Origin: Nitrosopumilus sp.
Lineage (GTDB): Archaea; Thermoproteota; Nitrososphaeria; Nitrososphaerales; Nitrosopumilaceae
Direction: 5' to 3'
Length of the DNA: 64,000 bases
NCBI GenBank assembly: GCA_965214775.1
Contig: OZ243974.1
Location: forward strand, 416,001-480,000
Under the pieces are notes generated by a model, which saw only the letters and a list, made by a program, of their open reading frames with translations, did no database searches and was not told where the DNA came from. The translations under genes were made by a program, and so were the position numbers. Positions 9,252 through 20,163 of the stretch are shown here, piece by piece. Position 1 is the stretch's first letter, and each line of letters starts with the position of its first letter.

Positions 9252-10894
9252 TTTGAACCAAGGGTTACGTCAACGCGAACTATTCTGTTCTCCGTGTTTG
9301 GGATGCTGGTGGGAGGGCCGTTCTGGTACACCTCGATGACGTCTCCGCTGCCGGGAGAGTCGGGATCTGTAAATTCAACCACCTTTACCACGTCGTTTTC
9401 CATCCTCAAACCGACGACCAATTCTACCCCTGTGTCGTCGTCGGGATCGTCGTTTATCGCACGAACCGAATAATACCCCGAATTATGATTCACCATATTG
9501 CATGCGTCCATGCTGTCTCTCTTCAGAACATCGTGTGAACCTGTATTATCCCAGTCAAACAAACACACCTTCATGCCGACAGGTGACACAAGCCTTCCCC
9601 CTGCATCAGTAATCCTGAAATTTCCATATACAAACAAATCATGATCATCTCCATGTGTGGCATGGGCCTCTGGTAAAAAATAGGAGGGGAGTACAAACAA
9701 CCCCGCCAATTCCGGGTACTTTTCAAAGAACTCCTCCAGGACATCCGGTGGAACATCCAGAGTTCCCGCCAGGTACTCCCTGATGTTCTCTGTGATGCCG
9801 AAAACTTCGAGCAATTCCTTCAGGGTCTGTACCGTACCGTTCTGCACGCTGTATTCCCTCTGGTCGCACTGGAACGTGTTGTATGTTACCATGTGCCTCT
9901 TCTGGTCGTAGGTGTATCCGTTCCATCGCTCGTCGGAGATGCACTCGCTTGGCTTCTCGACCTCGGCCCTGACATTCCGTTCCGAGTCAAAGAACCGTAT
10001 CATCTCCGTTCCGATGTGTCCTGTCTTGCCGTCAAAGTGGACGTACAGAGGATAGCCTCCGTAAAGTCCGATGCTTATTCCCAGCGTGTGTGCGTAACGA
10101 AGATCGCGTCTGGGATGGATGGGCTCGTCGATTCTCAGCGTAAAGTTCCCATGGTTATCTTCTATCTGGTTATATGGGTAGACGAGGAACCTTTTTGCCA
10201 GATCGTGGTCTGGTCGATACCTGTCCTGGCCAAAAATACCGTCTGTGTATCCCTCGGTCAACAAGTGCGCTCTCCTGTCGGTTCTGATCCCTATGACAAC
10301 TTGATCATAATCACTTCCGGTTGTTATCTGCCACCATGCGTTGCCGTCCTCGTCATCCCACGTGTTATTCAGACCCCAGCCATACGCCCACGGGTACCTC
10401 TCAAGGTTTGCCGGCGGATACTCATCGCCGTGCAGCTCGGAGAATGTCTTGAGGAACGACCACGTGTAATTTATGGTAAACGGCTGTCCCAGCTCGAATG
10501 TCTCCGGATAACTGAGGGTGGTCCACGGCTGCGTAAATATACGGGGTGCCACTGTGTCTGCATGGCCCTCGTGCAAAGGCGGGCCGTAAAGCGTCACCGT
10601 CTTTGTTTCTGATCTCCCGTAAGTGGCGTCGTCTGCAGTGGGATCAGTCCGTTCTTGTACATGGCTTGTGACCGCCGGCTGCCAGCCCATCCTCTGCGCT
10701 GTCTTGGTATACACGCACGCAGGGGAGCCGCCGTCGCGCATTACAAGAACCCTGTCGTGGCTGCACCGGATGTCCTCTGGAGAGACGCCGGCTGCAAGCT
10801 GCTTTAGCGGGGACGGTACCTCCGCGTATGTAGCTGCAGTGAAGGCCGTAGCCAGAACTAGAAAGAGTCCTGCTGCTGCAAAGCGTCTAATCAT
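9224..10894 (-). pseudogene. Secreted thaumarchaeal-type protein (SPLKQ N-terminal domain), 3'-truncated by IS66
   Basis: Signal peptide MIRRFAAAGLFLVLATAFTAATYA, then SPLKQLAAGVSPEDIRC..PACV...MGW; last codons and stop lie inside the IS66 right TIR. Confidence 0.75.
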
Positions 10895-10907
10895 GGCAGA
10901 ACTACGG

Positions 10908-11773
10908 TGTGTTATATGGAAATAATGTCCGCTATTCATTGATGTCCCTCTCCATCCATTTTGGGTCGGATTTCCTGATCGCTTCTGTGGCAGTTTTGTC
11001 CGAGAACGCCATGATGGGTGTCTGGCGGTGGGCTATGTCCAGCCCAAAGTGTAGCCTGCGCTCGTTGTAATACTTGATGTATGCATCCAAGCTCTCATAG
11101 TGGCGGATCTCAGCCTCTATGCTGCCGTGGAACCGTTCCAACTTGCCGTTGGTCTCCGGATGGTACGGCCTGGAGTTTATCAGCCCGATGCCCCGATCCA
11201 GCAGCTCGGCCTCAAAGGCAGTCGGCGTCCACGTCCCGCGTGGCATGTTCTTCTTGCTGCGGCCGCCGTTGAAACACCTGCCGTTGTCAGACAGTATGGT
11301 GGCCGGCTTGCCAAACCTGCCTATGGCCTCCCTGAGTGTTATCACCACGTTTTCTGATGTGGCATCTGCAAACGTCCGTGCCGCCGTGACACACCGGGAG
11401 GAATCGTCCAAAAACGTGACTAATTTGAGCCCTCTCAGGCGTGGATCCTTCATTTCGTGCCAGTCCACGTGCCACATTGCGTTGGAGTACTTGCGCTCAT
11501 AGCGCAGCCATTTCTTTTGGCCCGACTTGGTATCTGATGCGGCAACGAGTCCCTGCTCCTTCATTATCCGATATACGCTGTTGTAGCTTATAATGTGACC
11601 TGCATCCTGCAGGCGCATGGCAGTGCGCATCACGCCCACGTGCTCTATACAGTGCATGTCCAAGACTGCCTGCACCTGGCCTGCCGCGGGCTGCGGTGCG
11701 GCCTTTCTTCCAGCCTTTTGTTGCACATGCATCTTTCCGGTCCGGCGGTACCTGGCGTAAATCCTCCTCACGT
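10908..11773 (-). mobile_element. IS481-family element, 5'-truncated (transposase ORF 10932-11771)
   Basis: RYERKYSNAMWHVDW, DDSSR, SDNG, HPETNGKLERF, YNERRLH; TGT terminus at 10908; N-terminus replaced by the adjacent element. Confidence 0.88.
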
Positions 11774-13283
11774 CAGTAGTTCCTAGGTGTACTTTTGCAG
11801 ACTGCCTCCTGACACGGCACCACTGCCGCCGCTACTACTACTACTTTCCGCGATCGTTTACAAACGAGTCAGCTGCATCTGTAATGCACGCGGCAAACAA
11901 CATCATGGTAAAATCCTTGCCTCCCGCAAATCCGTCCCACTTGGATTCCACATCAATGAATATGGCAGTCCTCCAGAGATTGTACAGTATGAGGGGCATG
12001 TAGAATAACAACATCCTGACGACCGGCGAATTACTGCATGTCTTGCCCATTACTCCCTTGATCACCCTGAACCCGGTCTCGATTCCCCACCGCATGCGGT
12101 ACTCTTCTGGTATCTGAGCTATGACGTCCTCTACGCTTTTGGCAGGCATGTTGGTGGCAAAGACCAGGTATTCGTCTGCCGTTTCTTTTTTCTTTTCCTT
12201 CTTTTTTTCTGTGCATTCCTCTTTTGCTGTGTCATTGTTTTCATTTTCATTTTCATTTTCGTCTTCCTCCTCCTTTTTTACAATGACCAGCCTGAGCGTG
12301 ACGTTTTTGCCCTCCTTGTTAGTCATGGTATAGTCAGATATCGCGTCGCGCTTTTTATGGTGGTGCTCCTCTATTGCCGCCTTTATCCTCTTGTTCTTGG
12401 CGGCAGGCATGACGTAGAAGCCCTGGCTTTTGCCTGCAGCCACCATGCAGTTGACATTAAAGAATCCCCGGTCATACAGGAACATCCTGATCTTCGTCCC
12501 TGATCTGGACGCTTTGCGGATCATTTTAGGCACGAAATCGGCCAGTTTTGCATCTTTTGGAAGCTGCAGCGAGGAAAGCACGAGGTCTGAGCCGTCATCT
12601 GATCCTACTCCGTGCACGGTAATGTGCGAGAGAAAAGTAGACGTGCCGTTCTTGGGCTTTGACTTTCTGGCGACGTCCTTTAGGCCCTTGCCATAGTATT
12701 CGACGTCGGTGACATCCACTGCCACTACGTCCGTGTTGTGTAACATGCCGGACCTGCGGCCGTTTCTTACCGTGTGCTGTAGCATGGAGTTGCACCACCT
12801 TTGCATCCGATCCGGGCTGACGCTCCGGATGGTCTTTAAGATCCACTCCGGGTGGGGCGTACGGGAGCTGTATGCGCCGCCCTTCTTGGAGAAGGTAGCA
12901 GCAGCAGCAGCAGTAGTAGTAGCAGTCCCGCCGTCATGCTGCTGCTGCCTGCGGTATTTTGAGGCCTTCCTGCGAAGATGCGTCACGGCAGACCTGAAAA
13001 ACATCTTCCTATCAGACATGAGGCTTAGCACGCGCAGTACGTCGGCATGGCCGTACACCGCGTTGTGACTCTTTGAGACTGCCATTTCGAGCTTGTGGAA
13101 CCGCCGTCGCAATGTTTTAAACTGTCGTGATGCTATGTCATACTGGTGTGCAAACACATCGTTTTGTGTTGGTATCATCATGATGATGTTTGACACACCT
13201 TCTGATCTAAGATCGTAATGGTCAAAAAATCTCGGCAAATTACGTAATTATCGTGCCTTCAAAAGTACATCTGGGAACTACTG
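11774..13283 (-). mobile_element. ISH3/IS4-like element A (transposase ORF 11841-13238)
   Basis: TIR CAGTAGTTCC(T/C)AG(G/A)TGTACTTTTG; AVDVT, LYDRGF, YRMRWGIETGFR motifs; no TSD (cacgt / aagcg). Confidence 0.9.
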
Positions 13284-13291
13284 AAGCGGTT

Positions 13292-13402
13292 TTAACTGTT
13301 TAGTTTAGAGATTGTCAGTTGTGCTCCCTCAGTTTTGAGTTTCTCGTGGGCGTCAAAAAATTTATCGAAGTCTGCTTTCCATTCGATTTTTTTAGCTGTC
13401 AT
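13292..13402 (-). CDS. Small 36-aa hypothetical protein (MTAKKIEWKADFDKFFDAHEKLKTEGAQLTISKLNS)
   Basis: Manual translation; GGAGGT SD 8 nt upstream and TATA-like ttaataaata. Confidence 0.5.
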   Translation of the reverse strand: MTAKKIEWKADFDKFFDAHEKLKTEGAQLTISKLNS

Positions 13403-13606
13403 CAGATTTAACCTCCGAGTTACTATTTATTAAGATATAGATGCCAATGATCAGATTTGAGTTGTATTTCATAATTATAATACATGAAATTAGTATAAAA
13501 GAACAGTATGAGGTCACCTGCCCCTAAATTATTTTGGCTGCCTCAACCATGATGGACTTGCCCTGCAGCTTCCATGTCGAGGTGCATGTGTTGAGCCATC
13601 CGTACC

Positions 13607-13762
13607 GTATGTGGTCACCTATCCCTTGCCGCCATTTCCACTCTGGTCATAAAACAGTGTAATTTTGTTCCAGTTTGATGTGCAGATTCATCATGCTTGG
13701 GTTAATTGAGAACTTTTCGTGCCTAGAGAGGAATAATGGTAAAAGGATAGGTGACCACATAC
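13607..13762. mobile_element. MITE family C (GTA..TAC ends, IS66-type)
   Basis: 18-bp perfect TIR GTATGTGGTCACCTATCC; related ends at 13506 and 62083-62175. Confidence 0.75.
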
Positions 13763-13774
13763 TACGATCCGGAT

Positions 13775-13865
13775 GTAAGAGTTTACCCCTCCCCCGAGAT
13801 ACGATGTGGCAGGCGTGACCATGAAGGCTCCGGCCAGCAGTACAGCCTGAGGGGTAAACTCTTAC
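13775..13865. mobile_element. MITE family B (91 bp, IS66-type)
   Basis: TIR GTAAGAGTTTACCCCT; 8-bp TSD ATCCGGAT; homologous to 19374 and 23626 copies. Confidence 0.9.
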
Positions 13866-14204
13866 ATCCGGATAGTTTGTTGCATAACCCTTCCTAAAAT
13901 TTGAAATCTGACTGAAAATCACCAAAATGATCAACTAATCCTTACCGAAAAAGTGATGGATCATGAGGATGCCTCGTATGGTATACATTGACACAAACAG
14001 ACAATGCAAAGTACGTAGAGGGGGGCAGGCCTGGTCGTCAGGCACAACCCGGCCTGGGAGAAGGATCTCAAGGATGCCAACTGCCACAAGGAGGGGGGGT
14101 TGTCCCGTTCCTGTATGCCAGCTTGTTGCATGACCACACCTAAGCGCGTAAAAACAGCCAATCTTGTGCCTGAAATCAGGGTTATTTATGAAACAGTCTA
14201 GTTT

Positions 14205-15450
14205 CAGTAGTTCCGATTGTGACCCCGGCCTGCCCTAGCCCGGATCGGGGGGCTTTTTGTTCCATGGTCTCATACACCATCTTATAATCCGGGCAAGCAG
14301 CACCTTGAGCTTGATCTTCTTTTTTTTGCACCATGATCTTGCGATCATCCAGATGTTAGACATTCCAAGCGACAGGTAGAACAGTATGAGTCTTATGGCA
14401 TCGTTCCGACTGCAGGTGCGCGGCATGGCCCTCTTGACGTCCCGGTATCCGGTCTCTATTCCCCACCTCTTGCGGTACTCCTCGGGAAGCTCAAACAAAT
14501 CCTCCGGCATGCAGTTGGTCATGTTGGTGACAAAGGCGATGTGGAACTTTTTCTTGTTTTTATCCTCCCTTTCCAGTATTATCAGGTTGCATCTTATCTT
14601 GCTGCTGCCAGAGGATATGGTATACTTGCTGACTGCATCCCTGTGCCCGTCTATGTGCTCCTGTATGGCCCTCTCAACTCCCTTGGTGCATACTGCAGGA
14701 GTCATGAACCGCAATCCTGCATTATTTATCGTGTTGAGTACGTCAACTGAGTAAAACTCCTTGTCCATCAGGACCATCTGCGGCCTGATGTGCATTCTCT
14801 TGATGGTTTGCAGCAATTTACGCACGAATTCGGGGTTAAACGCGTCCCTGGTCACCGGAAGGCACGCAAGGTGCGTCTGGTGCTTTTGTCCTACTGTTCT
14901 TGCAGTGATGTATGCCTCAGCCGTGCGGGTGCCCGGCCCCCTGTACTTTATCTTGTGGGTCATGTCCGGATTGCGGTCGTACCGCGGGATCTTGGTCTTG
15001 TCGATGGCTATGATCGGGGATTTTCCAATCAGGCCACCTTTGATGGAGTCTGTGACGGTCCTGCGCAGGATCTTGTCGGCCCTCTTGTGCATCGTCTCAT
15101 AGTCCACCTGGCCCAGCTTGCCAAGCAGCCAGTCGGCGCCGGGGCTGCGGCCTGCAGAGTCCCGGAGTATCTCTGCGGCCTGTTCTGCGCACATGCGCTC
15201 CTTGGACATCGTTGCCAGAAGCGCAGCTGCATCCGTTTCATCGTATATTGCGTTGTGTCTGTCAGAGAACTTCATGCCTACTGCCGAGACGGCGTTCTGG
15301 AACATCTTGCGCTCCCTGTGTCCGTACGGCTTTTGAGCGGCCCTGGCACTTTTTGTCATGGAGAAATTGCTAAAAGTTCCCCCTATAGATCCAAGTGATC
15401 ATAAAAATCTGTCAATTTGCCTTATTTTCAGGCCACAATCGGAACTACTG
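14205..15450 (-). mobile_element. ISH3/IS4-like element B (transposase ORF 14235-15359)
   Basis: TIR CAGTAGTTCCGATTGTG; 5-bp TSD AGTTT; AIDKT, MDKEFY, YRKRWGIETGYR. Confidence 0.93.
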
Positions 15451-15536
15451 AGTTTTAGGGTTCGGTTAACTTGAGTTGCCTTTTTCTTCTGTAAAGATAG
15501 GCCGCTTTAATCCCTCTTGATCACAAGGAGAATCAG

Positions 15537-17201
15537 TCATCCTGCCCGCTTTGATATTTTGGCATGATCAGGATCCAAATCCCTCCAGACTACATCATAG
15601 CCCATCCTTGATAACAAGTCAGCATGACACGAATCAGGGATTGCCTGTGATGCCAGTATCTTGCATGCCTCAGCAAACGCAGAAACTCCCTCAAGACCAG
15701 GTTCCAGTGAATTGATCATCTTTTTGGAGATCAGATGTCTTTCTGCAACAACATACTCATCTGGATAATCCCTCAGAATAATCTTCAACGCTGCCTCCTC
15801 GGGCAAAGAGTTGTCCAGGGCAACCTGCCTTACGGAAATCAAATCCGGATTCTTTTCATCGAGTCTTATCTTGACATGGCTTTTTTCTTTGAGAATCCTT
15901 GCATCGATTTTTTTTAGATGTTCCAAGATAGGCTTGATTGAAACATCCTTTTGGAAGGTAAAAATCCTATCCTTGGAAATTGCTTCAATCTGTGATGAAC
16001 ATGACAGTTCGGAGTTTACTGCAACCAACAAATCCACATTTTCGTTGTTATTGCCAAGCAGCGCTTCCAATTTGGCAGCCTTTCTCTCAAGATAGTCCTT
16101 TGTCCAAAAACCCACAATTTCAAAATATACCTTATGCCCAAACCGCTCAAAGAGAAAGTCAGGAATCATGGCCTTGCCATCTGCAATCAACGGATCAGGC
16201 TCCCTGGAAATTTTCCAGCCAAACCTGTCATTTTGATCAAAGTGCTGATTGAATCTCCTTGCAAATGCAGCTTCTGTGGAACTATCATAAACATAACTGT
16301 CATCATTTTGAAATGGCGAATCTGTTATTGATCCAAGAAATTCCCGAGTGCTTTCACTTGATAGTTCAAACGAATATATCTTTTGGCCGTCCTCTGTTCT
16401 TCTCACTATGGAGCCACTGATTTTCCATGCAGGCGTGCCTACAATTGATGGCAGCAACTTGGCAATTGATGTGCCGTATCTGTCAGTCATTTTGAAAAGG
16501 CTGAGCGGTCCTTCCAAGACACATTTGACGGAGTTTTCTTCCCCTCTGCTGCCCTCTGGGTTGTTTTTTGTGTGATATTCCAGACTGTACATCAGCCCAT
16601 ATTTCTTGACATTACGCAAAACCTGCTTCCAATGCAACCCGCCTTTGACATGGAATTCTAGCTTTGTACACTTGAAGAGAAGTGTCTGAAATAACGAAAG
16701 ATTGTACCACAAGATCAGATTCTTGGCAGTAATTACATCAAACTGGGCAAGTACAAGATTCTCATCTTTGTCACCCCACATGATAGTCTCGATCTCCTCT
16801 GAGGAAACATGCATCTGCCTTGCAACATCCTGTATAATGCCCTGTCTCTGGGAACCAGACAAGGCCCAACCCTGCCTTGAGGATTCCTCAAATAATTTCT
16901 GCCTTATGAGCGTCGGCGTGGCGTTAGATGAATTTGCGTCCAGCTGTACAAAAACAGAGCGTCTCTCCAACAACGTAAAAAATCCGCGTACCAGCTTGTA
17001 ATCATATTCAGATTCAAGAGATTCCATCTTTTGCAGTAAATCCCCCTTGCATTGCTTGTCTTTTTGCGCATTCGTAAAAAACACAATTAGTTTGTCTGCA
17101 AGCTCATAATCAGCACCGCCATTATCAAAATCAGCAGTACAAAACAAAGGAGTCATCCTGCCCCTGTTAATCTTGATCCGTAGCAGTTCAGATGAAAGCA
17201 T
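15537..17201 (-). CDS. DUF790-family endonuclease (Bax1-like)
   Basis: YNLSLFQTLLF, EGPLSLFKMTDRYG, IPDF..FEIVGFWTKDYLERK; directly downstream of XPB. Confidence 0.9.
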   Translation of the reverse strand: MLSSELLRIKINRGRMTPLFCTADFDNGGADYELADKLIVFFTNAQKDKQCKGDLLQKMESLESEYDYKLVRGFFTLLERRSVFVQLDANSSNATPTLIRQKLFEESSRQGWALSGSQRQGIIQDVARQMHVSSEEIETIMWGDKDENLVLAQFDVITAKNLILWYNLSLFQTLLFKCTKLEFHVKGGLHWKQVLRNVKKYGLMYSLEYHTKNNPEGSRGEENSVKCVLEGPLSLFKMTDRYGTSIAKLLPSIVGTPAWKISGSIVRRTEDGQKIYSFELSSESTREFLGSITDSPFQNDDSYVYDSSTEAAFARRFNQHFDQNDRFGWKISREPDPLIADGKAMIPDFLFERFGHKVYFEIVGFWTKDYLERKAAKLEALLGNNNENVDLLVAVNSELSCSSQIEAISKDRIFTFQKDVSIKPILEHLKKIDARILKEKSHVKIRLDEKNPDLISVRQVALDNSLPEEAALKIILRDYPDEYVVAERHLISKKMINSLEPGLEGVSAFAEACKILASQAIPDSCHADLLSRMGYDVVWRDLDPDHAKISKRAG

Positions 17202-17248
17202 CAGTGCATGACTCCGATTATTTTTTTTATCTTATCATACATTGCCAG

Positions 17249-18697
17249 TCATGCTCCATATGATGAATCAGTGTAATTGTCAGCAGAATTTTTTCTCAGG
17301 GAGGTTATTCTTTTTGCACTGGTGCTGGTTTCCCTAGTATGTTTTGATACCAATTCAACCAGCCTGGCCTTCCTGCCATCCTTTTTTGGCCTCAGAATCC
17401 TGCCCAGTCTTTGAATTAGTTCCCTTCCACTGCCAGTCCCGCTCATAATTATGCCCAATGCAGCATCAGGAACGTCTACTCCCTCATCTAGGACCCGGGA
17501 AGTGACTATTGCGTTGTATCTGCCGGATTTGAAGCCTTCTAGGACGTCTCGTCTTTCATCTTTTGCAGTCCTGTAAGTAATGTGTGGAATCAGAAACCTG
17601 TTTGAAAGATCATAAACCATCTTGTTGTTTTGGGTAAAAATTATTGTCTTTGTGTCCTTGTTTTGTTGCAGTATTTTTTGCAATTCATTTACTTTTGACT
17701 TGCTGTTTAGCGCAATCTCGTTTGCTTTGTTTCTTGCAAGCATTGCTTCCCTTGCAACCTTGTTTTTGTTTGACATCATGATTAATCGCTTGAGGTTGTA
17801 CATGGTTGGAACTTTGAATCCCAACTGTCTAAAATTTGTTAGAAATTTGGAATGGCTGATTTCATACTGTTCCTGTTCTTCTTGAGTGAGATTGACCTGT
17901 ATTCTGTCAATGACATATTCTGCCAAATGTTTTCGGTTTGATAACTCTTGTGAGCCAAGACGAAACACGACTCCGCCCGTAAGATACGGGATCAACTCAT
18001 GCAGTTTGTCTTCTCTTTCTATTGTGGCAGTCAGGCCCAGCCTGTATGGAGCAATGAACTGTTCTGCAATTAGGCGATATCCCGGGGCCGGAAGATGGTG
18101 GACTTCGTCGAAAATAATCAACTTGAACCGGTTTCCAATGGAAGGCGCCCGAATATACGCAGAGTCATAAGTGGCTATGGTAATTGCCTGTATGTTATCA
18201 TCTCCCCCGCCCAGTTTTCCAACAGAAATGTTTTGATTCGGATTGTTGTTGTCGCTATTTGTCAGATATTTGGAGATGTTGTTTTCCCATTGTTCCATCA
18301 AGTCAATTGTTGGGACCACCACCAAGGTTGAGGCATTTACTGCCTGAATTGCCCTGATTCCAATGGCGGTCTTTCCAGCACCGGTAGGCAGGATAACACA
18401 TCCTTTCATGGAGGATTTTTTCCAGTTTTGTATGGCTTGCTGCTGATAGTCACGTAATTCTAAATTTGTCATTTGTAATGTTGGCATATAGACAAAATCA
18501 GGCACAAAATCATCAAAGTCCAGATCACTGTTTTTCAGATATTGAACTATCTCCGAATAATAAAGCCCGTAAGATCTTAAGGATTTAGCTCTGTTATCAT
18601 ATTTTGTATTTGGAATTCCAATTAGATTGCCATCATCAATGCGAATGGAGCCTTTTTCAAAGAAGAGTTTGGGTTTTGATGTTGGATTTGATGACAA
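17249..18697 (-). CDS. xpb: XPB/Rad25-like superfamily 2 helicase
   Basis: LRDYQQQA, PTGAGKT, DEVHH, GLTATIERED (RED motif), QRLGRILR. Confidence 0.92.
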   Translation of the reverse strand: MSSNPTSKPKLFFEKGSIRIDDGNLIGIPNTKYDNRAKSLRSYGLYYSEIVQYLKNSDLDFDDFVPDFVYMPTLQMTNLELRDYQQQAIQNWKKSSMKGCVILPTGAGKTAIGIRAIQAVNASTLVVVPTIDLMEQWENNISKYLTNSDNNNPNQNISVGKLGGGDDNIQAITIATYDSAYIRAPSIGNRFKLIIFDEVHHLPAPGYRLIAEQFIAPYRLGLTATIEREDKLHELIPYLTGGVVFRLGSQELSNRKHLAEYVIDRIQVNLTQEEQEQYEISHSKFLTNFRQLGFKVPTMYNLKRLIMMSNKNKVAREAMLARNKANEIALNSKSKVNELQKILQQNKDTKTIIFTQNNKMVYDLSNRFLIPHITYRTAKDERRDVLEGFKSGRYNAIVTSRVLDEGVDVPDAALGIIMSGTGSGRELIQRLGRILRPKKDGRKARLVELVSKHTRETSTSAKRITSLRKNSADNYTDSSYGA

Positions 18698-19084
18698 TCT
18701 TATTCCTCTCTTGCAGATATTGTTATAATCATTTTTTGATCGTTGAAAACAATGTACTGGTCAATAAATAAACAAGTTGGCTATTTTTTATAATATCGGT
18801 TCATTTTAGATCCAAATAAAAAAGAGAGATAGTGTGCCTCCTATTTCTTGGCAATATGCCGGCTTTGGCTAGTCGATTTTCACTATAAAAAGAAGCGAGT
18901 CGCATTGAATCGCCTTCACCTGATTCTAGCATAACCAATGATGCAGCAGTCCTTTGGAAACTTTCTAGTCTCTCGAACTTGCTTGAAGTTGTTTTAATGG
19001 TTGCAAAAATGGCGGCCATAAAAATGGCTAGTTGCAATGTTTAACCATTAATCAGATTCCACAATACAATTAATTAATCAATTA

Positions 19085-19160
19085 GACTTTATGCGTGATT
19101 GGTACAGATCAAAAAAACCAGGCAGTTTTTACATCATTTTTGGCAAATACGCATAAAGTC
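19085..19160. mobile_element. MITE family D (TA-flanked, TIR GACTTTATGCGT)
   Basis: TA|GACTTTATGCGT...ACGCATAAAGTC|TA; copies at 19957, 62589 and a lone end at ~59775. Confidence 0.8.
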
Positions 19161-19373
19161 TACTTTATCTGCCTCTGGTATGACCATAAAATAATCGATC
19201 ATAATTTTGGCGCATGTGTTTGTTTCGATAAAAAAATATTCGATTTTCAACTGTGCTCACTGTTAGTGCCGTCTTTTTCATTGTTTTTCTTGATCGGTAC
19301 AAGGCAAAGCGCTCCTTGGCTTTTCTTAAAACATTAGACGAACCTAATTTTTGTACAAGCATTACGCTGACAA

Positions 19374-19464
19374 GTAGGAGTTTGCCCCTACCACGAAATA
19401 CGGCACAGCAGGCGTGATCATGAAGGCTCCGGCCAGCAGTTTCGCCTGAGGGGCAAACTCTTAC
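19374..19464. mobile_element. MITE family B copy
   Basis: 91 bp, TIR GTA(G/A)GAGTTTGCCCCT, flanked by direct repeat CGCTGACAA. Confidence 0.88.
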
Positions 19465-19512
19465 CGCTGACAATCTTTAAACAATTATAAACAATCAAAA
19501 TATTATCAGTAC

Positions 19513-19671
19513 ATGTCAAACAACCCTGCCTATGGACTGTGGACAACGGATGAAACAAACTGGTCACAAGACGATACTGATTTCATCCGAGAAGCTCTTG
19601 GCCAATTAAGCAATGGATCTCCAACGTCATACGAAGAACTAGAACAACAAAATGAAGCAAAACTAAAGTAA
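19513..19671 (+). CDS. 52-aa acidic protein, possible antitoxin
   Basis: MSNNPAYGLWTTDETNWSQDDTDFIREALGQLSNGSPTSYEELEQQNEAKLK; ttataaa ~25 nt upstream; lies 16 nt before the next ORF. Confidence 0.5.
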   Translation: MSNNPAYGLWTTDETNWSQDDTDFIREALGQLSNGSPTSYEELEQQNEAKLK

Positions 19672-19687
19672 GGGGTTTTGTTTTCAG

Positions 19688-19951
19688 TTGGACATCAGAT
19701 ACAAACTGCCGGTATTTACTGCCAAGTTTGAGAAGGAATCATACACTCGTGGTGCAATCGTATTACTTTGTATGAATAATATTCGTAATTTCTCGGATAT
19801 TAAATCTATGAAAAACATATCAAGATGCGTAATGATGGATGATGACATTTATTTTACATACAACGCAGTATGTAAGTTATACTTCAAACATCACCCTGCT
19901 GAAAACAATGTGACACTGATGGACTATCAGTTCAACAATCATGACTTTTAG
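19688..19951 (+). CDS. 87-aa protein, possible RelE/ParE-like toxin
   Basis: Size, position and rough pattern (IRYKLPVFTAKFEKE...YFTYNAVCKLYF...VTLMD); weak similarity only. Confidence 0.4.
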   Translation: MDIRYKLPVFTAKFEKESYTRGAIVLLCMNNIRNFSDIKSMKNISRCVMMDDDIYFTYNAVCKLYFKHHPAENNVTLMDYQFNNHDF

Positions 19952-19956
19952 CATTA

Positions 19957-20030
19957 GGCTTTGCATAGTCGGCACAGATCAAAAAAACCAGGCAGTTTTT
20001 ACATCATTTTTGGCAAATACGCATAAAGTC
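19957..20030. mobile_element. MITE family D copy (degenerate left end)
   Basis: ~55 bp identical to 19104-19162. Confidence 0.8.
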
Positions 20031-20163
20031 TACCATATCAACGAGCAGAAATAATTGAGGTTTTTTACGTGTAGTTATGACCTCAGTCTTCCTAGGTGTA
20101 CACGACTCGTGTCGGTGGAGACGACGATGTGCGGATCTGCAGGAAGTCTAGTTTGAACTGTTT

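Noticed and set aside
13960-14200. Possible IS remnant ending in gggttatttatgaaacagtcta
   Set aside because: Only one end-like sequence; no partner end or transposase motif found
18801-19037. 78-aa minus-strand ORF upstream of xpb
   Set aside because: No recognisable motif; cannot be supported as a gene
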